Shown piece after piece: positions 1 through 14,500 of a stretch of DNA of 64,000 nt (the stretch's first letter is position 1; every line of letters starts with the position of its first letter). The position numbers were made by a program, and so were the translations under genes. This DNA comes from Raillietiella orientalis. Lineage: Eukaryota. Below the pieces are notes generated by a model, which was given only the letters and a program-made list of their open reading frames with translations, did no database searches and had not been told where the DNA came from. Location: positions 3,162,001 to 3,226,000 of the forward strand of contig JAYWIR010000004.1 of assembly GCA_036172245.1 (NCBI GenBank), in the 5' to 3' direction.

Positions 1-1350
1 CCCCTAAGGGGGTGAACGGTTCTTGAGTACTTAGAGAACCAAAAAGAGAAAGAAAACTGGAAAAAAAAAAAAAAAACTGGAAGGAAGGCAGCGCAAATAG
101 AAGAATCCAAAAGGATTTCCTTCATCCTAGACCAATAGTAACGATTTCCTCGTGAGGTCGCTACTGGCCATTTAAAAAAAAATAAAAAATAAATAAAGTT
201 TTTTTAAAAGCTGTGTGGAGCACGCCACCGTTGTTAGGTCTTCATCTGAGGGGGATGCGTTGGCAAGAAAGGTATAAAGTATTCATGAAATGAGAGAAAA
301 GCAAGGAAACATCAACATTATATTATGCATGGATTTTCCTATATGGTGAGAACAATGACTCCGACGTCTTCCTTGCTACCACATTTTGACTAATAGAAGC
401 ATACGAAACTAAAGAGTCGCTCGATCACTCAGCAACCTGAATACTTGAGTAAAGGGTGTGCTTCTTTTTTTTTTTTTTTTCCGACAACACTTGGTATGGT
501 AGGCAGCAACTATGAAACTGCGCCATTAAAGCATGGAGGGCAAATTGCTTTTTCTAATTGCAAGGAAGCAATGAAAACGAGCAATAATAACATTAGTTAT
601 TTAACAATAATAATTCTCATTGACACACTGCAACGCATGTGTGAAAAACGGAAAACCATGCCTTTGCCAAGTTACTCAGTGATCCGGGTCTGTCCGATGA
701 CCGTGGAACGTCAATTGGGGTTTGGATGTGAAAAATGTACACTTTAAGTACCATTCAATAAATGCGCACAAGCACGACACGATTTGTATTTGCTAGTTAT
801 TGTTATAAAGCGTCTTTGCAACAACTTAGTTCCAAGTGGACAGCAGAGATAACAGAGTTCGGATTTAGACCAAAACAAAAAAGTAATTTCACTTGATATT
901 TTACACGGGGTAGATATATATCCGTGCATCCAAGAAACTGCATCCATCACTCCAGGACAGCGCCTAAAGTATGGAATTGCACTCATCTCTCCCATGTTTA
1001 TGTGCATCCCGTTTTTGTGTACCAATTTTGATAAAACTGCTGTCTTTATTTTTTATACCTTCTTTGTCAAAGAGTCACTGCCCTGACCCTAGGGACTCCA
1101 AGCATGTTGCCCACTTCGATGCAGCCCAATTTTCCGTTTTACTTAATTTAATGAAAATTGAATTTCTGGTTAGTTTAATCAGTTTTGGATTAAACTGGAG
1201 GAAGACAAACTGATCTCGTGTATTGAGAGAAGGAGTATTCCAAAATTACTGTACCAGCTATTGGATTCATCACTCACCTCAAGGCGAAAATAATGGAGAG
1301 AGTGAAGTAAAACGATGGTCAGGATGATTTCTTGACCCTTGTCTTAAAAG

Positions 1351-2054
1351 GCAAAACCAAATCAAGATCTGAACAGTGATGAAACAGTATTGTAAAATAA
1401 TTAGGTTTCGGGATCTGTGTTTATAATACTACTAAGTTTTTAATCCGTGATAATCAGTGATTAGTCCAAAGGTACTTTTTCTTCTAATTGTACTTCCCGG
1501 ACGCATTGCGAATACGAAACAAATATGCAAATGCAATTCATCCTTTTCTACGAAAGACGTGAGTACCAAAGCACTTTCAAGCAGCAGATTCAATTAGCAA
1601 TTACCAAGAAACAAAACAAATCCTCTTAGATTTCAAGGAAAATATAAATTACGCGGTAGAGGAAAACGGAATTTTTGAACTTCTTTACATCTTACGTCTT
1701 TTACAAAGTGCTAGCATATGGAGTGCTCTAGTCGACAGTAAATTACTTTTCAAATCAACTGATAGGAGTATAGGGAATGGAGAGTATGATTATATAGAGA
1801 GTACGTAAGTATGGAGAGTTGTCTGTATTCACACTCACAAGTCAAATTTGTTTGAAATATTTATGATAAGAATAAAATTTTGCTCTAGGCACAGGAATGG
1901 GGTACCTCGATTCCAGAATGTGCGTCGTCGTCATCGCTTGGAATTACTGCATTTCGAAAACGAGACTGGACCTTACCGATTTCCCACCTTTAGGGAATGG
2001 AAGCCAATGTGGTCATCACCAAGCGATATTCACGTTGAAAATCAAGCGCAATGA
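1351..2054 (+). CDS. Putative 3' exons of an unidentified protein-coding gene (partial)
   Basis: Phase-consistent GT-AG exon chain 1351-1386, 1465-1558, 1630-1804, 1889-2054 reads open (AKPNQDLNSDET-SKGTFSSNCTSRTHCEY...H-FKENINYAVEENG...EST-HRNGVPRFQ...ENQAQ*). No recognisable homology; upstream exons unresolved. Confidence 0.35.
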
Positions 2055-2515
2055 ATCTCTGAATTCGGGTGACGAGAGACGACGTACGTTTCCGGTCCTG
2101 AAATTTCATCCATGACTATACTGGTCACTTTAGCTATTTCCTAGCCGTGGTTAGAAAAATCTATGTTTAGATTGCATTGACTATGAATTGGGCGTTTTTT
2201 CCAGTTCGGCTTTCGAAAATTTCAAGGTGGCTGTTGATTTTTTCCCGAATGTGTGATAACCCAATTAATGTATTCTACTATTACATAATCGATATTTCCA
2301 GAAAGACTTAAATAGATTGCCTACACGAGTCTATGAGTGAGCTTCTGGCTCATGTATCCACGCTGACTTTTAATTCTAAGTATTTCCAGGAAAAAATAAA
2401 TAAATAAAACAGCCGTCACTGTTATCCATCTTTTTATACATAAAGTTTCTTTACAAAATGATTCCTTCCAGGTTATAACCTGAATTTGAACTGCTGAGGG
2501 AATTTTCTGAAAAAC

Positions 2516-5500
2516 TTACAACCAGTTTTTACGTTTTAATTTTAAAGGGATGTATGCCTGAATAAGAGAGGCTGAACTTTGGGAAGAGAAATTCTGAATT
2601 TCTGCTTTTTTCCCGGTCTCGAGAAGTTTGTTTATCTGGAATGAGAGCAGCATATAATAAATAAATCATTAGTCAGATTATTATTTGACAAATATAAAAA
2701 TGATTGAATCGCTGAATTTCACCGACATCATTATTCAAATGCATATACAGTTATAAAATTCTTATAGTACATTCATTTGAACCTCCACTCGGAGTCTTCA
2801 ATGCTAAATCTTGATGAAATAGCATTTACGGAATCAATTATTCACAGAATGGATAGGATATTTATGATTCAATTATTAGCATTTTTTATTATTAATTATT
2901 TGACATCTTAGCGATCATTTTCAGAACTGAACTCTAACCAAATACGAATTCGGTGCGTCATTACTATCAATACTGAGAATGCAAATGTTTCGTATGAAAA
3001 TGTTTGGTGATTAACCTTTGCCATGAGCTGAAGAAGCTGAAATGTCAATATCCTTACACATAATGGAAAAAACATATAGAAATGTCTTGCTTCGTTAATG
3101 AATGTATTGTATTAGCGAAAAACGTGCCATTTTTGCTCGTGCTATTAGAAAGCAACTTGTGAAAAAAAAAATTTGCATAAAAAGAATTCAGAGCGTCCTT
3201 CCAATGCTTGGGATACTTCATTTTTCCTTTATTCCTCTGCATTAATTATATGCCCCGATGAGATTAGATGCGCCCAACAGATAACCTTTGGGATTAACAG
3301 GAAGCATGACAAATGCAAAAATTCTTAATTGATGAAAAGTGCGAGATTCATTCGCAGGCTCTCAGTTTACGAAATCCTCACAAAACTACTGTTTTCCTTG
3401 AAAATTCTAAGCCTGCAATTCATTCAAATTGATGGTTCAAAAAAATTTGATATTCTCGATCAACGTTCGGGTCCATTACGTTCTTGAATTCTTTTTGTTG
3501 TAAGTTATGTGTTTTGCTTCACTGATACTGCAGTGAAAATCGTTAAGCGCGGGTTTCAGAGATATACTACTGATTACAGCATCAGTGAAACCACCTAACC
3601 ATTGGGATATAATTCCATTTTGGTGAAAATAGACAGTTCATTTCTCTCGCAAAGTAATTTCAAGATCTAAAACCACTTTCTCTTAAAAGATTAGCTCTGT
3701 TCAAGGGTTCCTACTCATTCAAATGAGTTTCCATCTTTGTAGATTTCAATACCATAGCTCTTAGAGACTATTAGCAACTTTGCAAATTAGGCTCCTGGTT
3801 GCTGGACAAAGGTCAAAACAAGTGCAATGCAAACTTCACGGGTTGGATCAAAGTGCATGTAACTTGTGAACTTTCTTCATAGTGAAGATGCCAATGTCCT
3901 AACATCCATTTTTTTTTTTTTTTTTTTTTCAAGATATCCACGCGGTACGCATTTTTCTATAAATGCATATGTTATGAACGATTCTCGAAATTTTAATGCA
4001 AGGTGTTTTCCTGTCGCCATCTTTCTAGATCGGATTTCATTCAAAGCTATTTTTTTAAGAATCACATAGTCGAGAATTTTCTGTTTCCTTTCTTGGTTCT
4101 ATTTTTTATAGACCTTGTATTCTCTGACTCACCATGAATATGATAAGGATTTGTCTGAAAATACAGCACGTTTCTAACTCTAGGTAAATTTAGATGGTGC
4201 AGAAAATTTATTCACAGATGCGGAACTTTCTCAGTGAATTCAAGAGACTGAAAAGCTTATTTATACTGTGTCTGAGAGCAAAATTCATGCATGGAAACTG
4301 AACTTTCAAAATTTGAGTGATGTAACAAAATATGAACTGATATTTAACAAAGTCGTGATACGAAATGCAACTGATTTTGCAATTTCCAAGTATTTGATAA
4401 GCTTTATGAATGTTCAGGAATGCAACGATAATTTCGATCATCAACAAAGTTTAAGCAGGATGATTAGTCTTAGATTAGTACTCTTAAAAAGTAGGTAGAG
4501 TTAACTTTGCATGTAACCTTCCATAGCACGTAATTTCAAGCAATCCAAGTCTTGTTTATTTTATTCCTCTTTCTATGGATACAAAACAAGAGAATTCGGA
4601 ACGAAATTAAGGTAAAATGACAGTATAAAGATTACAAAAGACCTCTTTTTTCCATTCTGTTTCATAGTCGATAAATGGTCTACTGAGCAGCTTTTTCGCC
4701 TTCTTATAATCTTGTTGGTTCAAAGTTTGGGTGTTTGTAGACAGAAGTTCCAAAGTATCGATTTCACTTGGTAGAATACCGAACCACTTCAATGAAGGAA
4801 TGTTCAAATTCTCAGCACTGTTTACAAGATTCTGAAATTGAAAAGTTTAAGCAGAACCTATGGTCTATTGTTTGACGGCTTATACATAATAACTGAGACT
4901 TGATAATAAGCTGCAACTTGTTTTATTTTAAGTAATTCTTCCATTTGTCTAAATTTTATAGAATTTCTGCAATGCGCTGGAAGTTGCTTTTGGAGAAAAA
5001 ACAAAATCTTTCTTTTTTTTCATTATTAAAGTAATAGCGGTATTTGTAGAATCATATTCTAAATTTATTGTCCAACGAGAAACAAAAACAATGGAAAAGA
5101 TGCATTACTGCAAACAGATGTCGGATGATTTAACATGCATAAACAGGGCACAATGGAAAGATCTGAAAACTGTAAATAAGAATTGAAGTTGATACACCAA
5201 ATCCACAATCGTTAGTCCTCAACTTAATATTTACCACCGCCCTGTTAGTCAAACCAATTGCAGGTTCAAAACCGTAAAACGTTATCCAAAACGTTATCAC
5301 GATGATTCTCTTTCTGTAAATCCTATTTTGAATGTTCATGAAGGTTTCGAATAAAACCGGAAAATCCTCAGTTGAATTTTACGAATTTGTACGTTTGAAA
5401 ACTCCTGGCAGCTTCACTTCAATTTCAACCACAAGTTCCGTTAAATAGGGGTATACTAATCGGTCACTTTTTCGTAAGAACAGTCGCTGTTCGTACGAAA

Positions 5501-8500
5501 AAAATGACTCGTAACTTTGGTGGGACCCTCTTGGATTCTCTTATTAAGTCATCAATAATAGCGATGATGCACACCTAATACGTTGAAGTCAAAGAATAGA
5601 AAAGAAAAGGACCAGTGGAAAACAAAGTAGTAGCATGATGGTCTGTTTCCGTGATGAAATTTGTTTGTCGCCATCCCCATGTACATTAAGAAATGTCATT
5701 TAATTGGTTTATGTTATGAACTTTCCATCAATGTGAATGCTATCTATATACTTAGGTTCCACCATAAAGCAGATTCCTTAACAAAATTACCTTCGAATAG
5801 AGTATTTTCGAGCCAAACGTTGTCTTAAAATATGGATTTTACGTCATCGGCTGGGCAAAGGTTAAAAAGTTTTCCTCAAGCTACTTTGTTGGCAGGTAAC
5901 TTTCTTCAATGTATCTCTTAGATTATATGCGCAATACTTATTTTTAAATATTCAAAAAACGTGTTGAGTTAAGCCCATGAAAACTTGAAGGATTTTTCGA
6001 GTTTTGACTCACTGTGGCAATTATAAAGTGAGACCCAAGGAAACACCATGAAAATACCTGCATGAGTAACGCGCTTAAATACCTGCATTTCCACAAAATG
6101 CAATTTGCGTCATTGTTTTTAAAATGGAAATCCAGAAATACCTACCAATGGATCCGTCAAATCAATAGTTAGTGTGGAAATGGGAACATATTCAGGGTTG
6201 AAATTTCCATTAGAAATTGTTCCCTCGATTTTGAAATACAGCATGCAATGTTTCTGCTTTTTGAAGTTTACTCCGATTTTTCTTCGAATATTAGGTCAGA
6301 CGTTATAACCTCTCTGGATATTGTGGTCCAGAGTACATATTTAACATATCTAAACATGAACCATAAAGTTCCACTTTTATACCGATTTTTACAATCCAAA
6401 TTTCGTCCAAATGCATCCAAAAACTTCTACACGTTCTCATTAATAGTTTTCTTGATGTTTGCTTCAACATTTTTATTTTTTGCCCTTGCTTTATAATTTC
6501 ATGCCTTGTATTTGCATTCTGAAGAAAATCACTTAAAGTTTGCCATTTTATTTGCAATCATAATTTTAAACAGCATTACAAATTCTGTTTTTTTTTACGC
6601 CTCCCTATTAATAAAAAGAATTTATTTTCAGTCTTGCATTCATTACCGTCATATCACTGTATTTATTTAAAATTGGATTGTTCATATGTTTCTCTTCAAT
6701 AAAGAACAGCTACATGTGAACACTGGAAAGATTCTAGTATCATGCATTGTAAATCACCCTGATAAATCTGTTCTGTAATAATTACCCCTTACACATTTTG
6801 GATAATGCAAAACTATTCCAGATCCCTCCTTTCATACTCTGAAAGGGTAACTACTATAATGAGCACATGGTTCTAAATCTCTGGTCCCTATTGTTCTCAG
6901 AAATTTGTCCATTTGCTAATAATTTCTCAATGAGTTGGTTCTATCAGAGTAACAAAATTGAAGCTCTCAAAGTCACAGGCACCACAAACAGTTTTAGTAT
7001 TTTTCTTTGTGGCTGGATTTCTTTGCTTAATGATTCAGTGAAGTTTTACAGTGTTTCGTATTTATAACAATTGCTTTGACACAATTAAGGACATTGTGGG
7101 ACTTCTGCAGATACATACATTAGACTTCAGACAAGAGTTAGTAAGCACAATGTCACTGGAAATTATAAGAGGAATCAATCATCCACTATTATAAGATGCA
7201 TCATCGCCATCTCCAGTATCTGTGGTGCTCTGAAACTTGTAGGTAATCTAGGCCATGGCTTCTTTAGATGCATTACAGTTATAAATGTGTAGTCTGTAGC
7301 CATTAACTATTCCTCTTGCATACCAGTTAGCTCAGAGCACGAGTTACTTACCATATCTACAGATCTGGTAACTCTTGTGCTCTGTGTTAACCAGTATAAT
7401 ATTAAGCTAATTAAATAAATATTATGCAACTAAAAAAAACTCAGTTCGGTTTTCTTAAATATTTAGATTCGCTCTCAAATCCGACACACTGCATCTTCAC
7501 TTCATGTGATTTAGGATCTGCTCATTTTAAGGTATTAAGAGTTTGAATACTAAATCATCCCATTGATGCTATAACAACCTAACAATTGCATTAATCTAAT
7601 ATCACAAAATACTTACCGTTGTAAAATTATTAATGTTTATGTAATTATTTTTCTTTTATGTAATACGATCCTGATAAAATACGATTGATAAAAAGTAACA
7701 TAAATTTGCAAATAATCAGTTTCTCCTCTATGTGGCCTGTGTATTCTCAAGAAAACGCATGCACTGTATGTAGCAGTACATGCACTTTTTTGAGAATTCT
7801 GTCCGCTTAACTGGATGCATTAATTTTGACTTACATTTCTCGTAAAAATCTATTTTGCCATCCCTTTAACTAACTAGATGATTTATACTTAACAAATGAT
7901 AAGCACTGGTTGAACGTGAACAATACTTCTCTTCGTTTAACATAATCTTGCACTGTTTATGATTTTCTTATGAATGTGTGCAACTTAATTTTTGATTCTA
8001 CATAAAATTCAGTGGGAACACACAACGAAATATGATTAAATAGAGGTCTCTGTTACAAATTCTCTAAATGAATGACTCGATAGATTTTTCATTCTGTATT
8101 TGCTTACATTTTTGTAGGAGACGCTTTTTTTGTTGAAAGGTTTCGTCACTAATGCTCTAGGCATAATCGTGTCATTTCAAGTCAACTCCGTACGGAGAGC
8201 ATTCAATTTGATAACAGTATTAGTATTAGTATAGCCAAATCATTCTCCAGGCTTTGCAAATTTGTATGGTTTTCATAATGAAATTGAAATAGTTGAAATA
8301 TGATTATTTACAAGTTTCATCCTTCATTCCCAATTGACTCTTTTGTACTTATCAATCATCTGATTAAATTTTCTACAGAAATAACACTAAATGAGTGAAG
8401 AAAATCAAACTTCTGGGAATAAAGGGGTCCAAACTTGACGTTTAATTAAAGATATGTGGCAAAATATTGCTTCTATGTAAGCATTTGTAAAAATTGCAAA

Positions 8501-11500
8501 TCATAATATTTATATTTGTAAATATTTTAATCTTCATTGACAGGAAGTGCTTTTTTGCATTAACTGCTGCATAGCTGTTAACTGGAGTGTTTCAATGATT
8601 TGTTGCTATGATAAGATTGAGCATTCAGGAAGTGAATGCTCGATCGAATGGGAACAGCAAAATTTCATTAAACCATTGATCAACGGTTGTATTCTTATTG
8701 CAAACCATTTTTTTAAACGTTAGGAGATACAGGTTTACTAGTTTGCAGCTTGATTATAAATACTCTTGAAATTAAGAATATTAAAAGTAATGTTCAAAGC
8801 GGAACATCTCGAAATCTTTTACCTGTAACTATCGAATCAAGAATTATCGATATCGTAGAGGATCAATTAAATACTAAGTTATACAAAGTTTCTGCAATCT
8901 TCAACCTATTCCATTGAGGTAATGCAACTGGTACAATTGGGGGGGGATTGGGGGGGGGGAACGTTTTTTAATCCAATAAAGTGTTTCTTTCCTAATTGAG
9001 TGACACTTTTTAAATGCTTCCATGTTATGATTATTTCTACCTACGATTAAATTAGTTTGTATGGAAAATTATTCGAATTTTTCTTGTCAATGCTTCATAT
9101 CATCATTTTGTCTTAAAATAATGGTATTTTTAAATAAATTAGCCACGTTACGTTACGAATAATAATCACATATTTTCATTATTAATAAATCCTGATAATA
9201 TCAATTATAGTGAATATATAAAAGAATATTACATAATCTCCTTGATAATGTGATCATAATATCCAACAGCAATGCAAGAAAAAATTGAAATGTCAAAAAG
9301 GAGAGCTAATGCAGTATGAGAAATTGGCTGAAGCAAAGTAGTTGATATAGACTAAGTGAATTTTTGGTTCTGATGCTGGATTTTGTGGTTAATAGCTTAA
9401 TTAGTGAAACACTGAAGCAAGGCCCAGCATTAATGTGGGAAGAACTAGTTTCAAATCCCCTGAATCCTAATCCTTAGTTTCTATTTATTTATTTGTCGGC
9501 ACATTAAGTTTTAATGAAGAGGCGAACACGTCAAGTTGTTATTCGCTAAAGATGATTGATTACAAAGACGAAAAGAGTACATGATTAGTAAACTCTCTTA
9601 AATACTTAAGCCCTTCAGGAATTAACAGGAGTTCTTAAAACAGATTCGAAGCCAACATCGAAATATTGTAGACTGACATTTGTTATGAAAACGGTTATCA
9701 GGTACTCTTTAACACGGTCAGTAGATAGTGAATAACTGGAAGAAAGAAAACACCGATAAAGTACTCGGTACTTAACGGCTATGCAATGCAAATCGAAATT
9801 CTAATGAGAAAGAAAATAAACACATCTGGCGCTTTATAAATCTGAGTACTACGAGGAAAGAAAGCTGTTCGAGGTGTATGCAACTTTTTATTCAACCAGT
9901 CATTATCCCAGAATAGAAACATGATTTATACACACAATCTTCATAATTCGTTCATTCTTAGAAAAGACGTAAAGCATTTTAAGTGCTTACTTTCTGTTCA
10001 TTGCTACTTAGTGTATAGAAGGCAATACCATCAAAAAGAAACACTTCAATCATCTTTTCGTAACCGCTTTTTGTTAATTTTTAGAGCCTACCCAATAATT
10101 AATTGATAAATGCATTCGGTTTCCTTCCATTTTCAAATTACAAATTTAGGTTCATTAACTATCGTGACTATTCATTATTTTCTCTGCAATATCATTCAAA
10201 TTCTGTATTGCGAATTATGTTCCCGTGTAACAAATGCATTTAAAAAAAACACACACACACAAAAAAAACTAATGCATTCTGAATGCTGATTTACTGCCAA
10301 CATCTGCGTTGATAGTTTAAAAAAGCGACCATCTATTTTGCACTCTTAAATATGATGATAAACACTTTTTAGATGCCAGTCGAAAAGCGTAGGCAAGTCT
10401 AGAGCCTTTGAAACAGCCATCACTTTCTAAACGAAAAATAAGTTTATGTTGAAAATTATTTTTAGAAGACTTTTAGCTCTAGAGAGTTCTAAAAAAATTT
10501 TTGCGTCTGCTGATATGAAGTGAATATTCCAATGTGAAGTTCATGTGCTCCTAAGAATAATCACCATCTCCATATTTAAAAAAAAAACACTTAAACAAAT
10601 CGGCATTCTTAGGAGCCCCAAAATTTTCATAGTAAGCATATAATCATGAACACTTAAGAAATCCCAAGACGAGTAGTTTAATCATTTGATGGTGTTTCAA
10701 GAATTCAGCTATGTTTTGGTTGAATTTAAGCCTGCATTATGTTTTAAAGTTTACTCTTATACTCTCATTTTAGAATCATCTGTTTGAATTGTAATGAAAT
10801 CAACATAACGCCTCTATCAAGACATGATTTTAAAAAAAAAAAGGCTAATAAAGTTTATGACCATTTACATATGTTAAAAATCGAACATCACCCAATGATG
10901 GTGGTAGATTCGTCTCTCGAATTTTTAAAATTTGTGGACAATTATATTTCAACAGATTTCTGGACATTAAAAGGCATTCTTAATCTAAGAAAAAAGAACT
11001 AGCTATAATTTTCGACTTTATCATGTCGATACTTCAAAATCTTGCAAAACTGTTCATTAAGTTGATTCGTCTGAACAGCAAGATTTGAACTTTCTGATGA
11101 AATGGCATTTAGGAACAATTTTGGAAGTCTAGTCTACGGTAGGTGATTATCAGTCAATTTGAAAAGGAAATTACTAACCAGAGATCCATATTTATAGACA
11201 CTCATAATTTCGATTCCATAAGGATCCGCATCCATCAGTGCAAGAATATCTACTGTTAAATCTTTTTCGAGAACTTTAAGTAGATATCTGGTACTTAAGT
11301 CTGGAAAACCTCTTCCCTAGAACATATTGTAAAATTCAGATAAATTGTAATTTAATCTTCAGAAAGCATCCTGACTGATATATGCTTTCTTAAGGTACAA
11401 TATCGTAATGAATTTAAGGCGAGAAATTCTTAATTTGACATGTGTATCAACTAAGGAATCATTGCTTAAAATTATATCGAAGAATCATTTGATTAAAAAC

Positions 11501-14500
11501 CAACTTAAATGTTGAATATTTTCTTCAGTGCCAATGTATCACAGTATGAAACAGTTTTTATGGACCCTGATTTTTTAATTAGGGTATTTCAGATTCATCA
11601 TCGAACTGCATTATAAAAAAATAAAGAGTGTAGATGTTCTTCAAGAGTTAGTGGCGATAATAATAACTACATTGTAAAATAACAAACAGAAAATAGATTC
11701 ATGTAAACCAAGTCACATTGAGGATATAAAATTATTCGTGCTTTTTCGTGCTTTTCATTCTTCTAGGCCTGCACTATTCTTTCATGTATGCACTAGCTAT
11801 CAAATCAAGAGATACTCTCAGAATGAATTGTGGGACTGATGAAAAAGGAATTTCAGTTCTGTATTCAATAAGATTTGAAGGAGCTGTGAGTCGTCTAAGA
11901 GAAAATGAATGATTCCATATGGAAGTAATCCATTGAAAGAGTACTCCAAAATAATAACGATATTTTCGAGCTTTAAATATGAGCTATGATTACAAACATG
12001 GAGGCATACACTGGAAACTGAAAGCCTACAACTCAAATAACAAGTAGAAATCCTGTTATAGCCAAGGGAAAATTCTCAACTATTAGGTTTGTCAAAGAAA
12101 TTAATAAGTCTCATTCTTTGAACTATCAGCAGAACTAAACTGATCAAAAAAGGTTTGACAGCAAGCGAAGTAGGTGTGAGTGGATTCTCAGTCTGTATAT
12201 GGAGCAAGAAAATAGATCAAGAAATAAGTTTAAAAAAATGGGTCAGTTCAGTTAATTTTCTAAACCTGAAATGTTAATATGCTAGACTAGAAATGTAAAC
12301 ATATTCGTGGGAAAAAGTTTTGTATAGCACACGTATTGAGTAGATTATCATCAGAATCAAATGGAAAATCTGTTATACAGCTCAAGTATAAATTCAGTTT
12401 AAACATTTTCATACTGCTCTTTTCATATTTGTTCAATATGTGATATGCAGAAATTTATCGTCAAACTAACTTTGATTAATAAGAACCATGGTAGTGTTCT
12501 GGCTGAAAATTCGAAAATAAATCAACCTTGTATAAAGCACAAAGAATTCACTATTTATAGGTATTACGAAACTTAACTGTAATGAGAAGTACATCTGGGA
12601 ATGTTTCCAAAAAATTCAAATCTAATAACTTCTGAAATGTTGCATCTTTTTCTATTATAAACACATATTTTGCTGGGGAGATCACTCGATCGAAAAGTGA
12701 AGAATCTTGGGGTATTGATAGTCCAGCCTTGTTTTGTCTGCAATCAATTTCTATCCCGCTACTATTGCAAAGTCTAATATTCCCAGCAATTAGGCCTGAC
12801 AATAAGGAAAAGTGATTAAAACTACTTGTTTGAAGCATGCATTTGATATACATGTTGCACAATTTATGTGGTTGATTATTTTTCTATTTCTTATCGTTTT
12901 TGAACATATCTCCCATTTTCAAACTTGTGACATTTAAAGAATAACATGCAGAGTTGCCTCTAGATTTGGGAAAGCAGATCTTTGTAACTTTTCTATAAAA
13001 CTTAGTTCCTAAACATAAATCGACATTGGTTAATCATTAATCCAGAATCTGCTTCGGCTTCCCACAAAGGAAAAATCACATCCAGATCTAGCGCAAATTG
13101 ATGCGCCAAAAAAAGTGGCCTCGAAATGCAAGTTTGCAGATACTGATTTCATCTTTTTGAATATAGTAAGGTGCGAGCTCCAAAGTTACCTTGGAAACTT
13201 TTCTGTTGTAGCCGTTTTAACAGGATGCTAAAATGGTTCGGAGATTTTTTGTTGACCTATGCTCTTGACGCATCTTCTCGCAAATGATCATTTGCATTAC
13301 GTATTCGTTTTTATTTGTTGAGATGCTCATAAAACGTGATATGCTATGAAAATATTTTATTCCGTCAAAAGTAAGTAACACGTCTTCCGATGTGTTGCTT
13401 TCATAGACTCCACTCTGCGATTTCTGTATAAGAATTTCAACATCGAGAATTTATTTCTATATAGAAAAGTGTTATTTGTTCAGTTCCTTTTCGGAACATG
13501 CATACGTATTTAAAAAGTTGAGGAAGAATTACTCGCTAATGAGTCTCTCAGTTTTGTAGACTATGAATCATTCATCACTAGCTGTTATCTTTTATGATCC
13601 CTTCCTGCTTAATAATTTTTTAATTTCTTGATTTTAATGCCTTCTTTGTGAGTCCTTAAACGAATCTTCAGGGAAAAAAAAACATTTTTTTGCGCAATTT
13701 TTTACCATGAACTCGGAATTCTAAAATGTAAGAACTTCACATTTTTTGTGTGTGTATTTTTGGTGCCAATGATTTAGAAATTGTGTCTTGGGAAATCCCT
13801 AATATTGAATATTTGTGGAACGAAAAATTAGTCAGATACTCCCATTAAATTAATTCTGTGACTTTATCACTGCTTAATGAATCTGGGAATTGGTGTCCAT
13901 GACATTGTCCTTTGGTGCCTTTTATCACACTGATACCTTTTGAGTCGATTTATTTTTTATATCACACCTTTTCCATTTCCTGTGATTTAAACAGATAATG
14001 GGCAAGTAATGTTAATTTTTCCTGCCTTGAGTTTGTTGTTCCTTTGAATGAGCGTAGTATACTACAGTACGCTATCCTTCATCACTTTCTCTTATCGTTT
14101 CGTGTTGTTTTCATAAACTTGGCATCATCATAGAAAGGATTATGCGACAGAACACGTATTCGTAACAGAGCTGCTTGCAAAAGAGAGGAATTTATAACTA
14201 CCAAATCAGTTTCAAGCACTACATTTTTCATCTAGAGAGGGATTCGGAAAAACTTTCTTGTATTATTTTTCATTGCATCATTTTTTCTCCGTAGCAATAT
14301 TGACAGTAAATTTGGTCGCTTAAAATGTCAGATTTGAACCAGTTGCCACACATCTGCTTCGCTTATCGAGCAAAGTAAGGACAATTAAGAACTTTCCACG
14401 TACAAATTCCCTTATGCTTCAGATAATTTCCTAACATAGGAATTATTGGCTAATAACAAAATTCTTTCCTAATTTCACTGATTGACAGATGAAATTTATA

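Noticed and set aside
13190..13256. 67-nt poison exon in a SPO11 intron
   Set aside because: Only AG/GT boundaries support it, which is expected by chance in a 1.9 kb intron.
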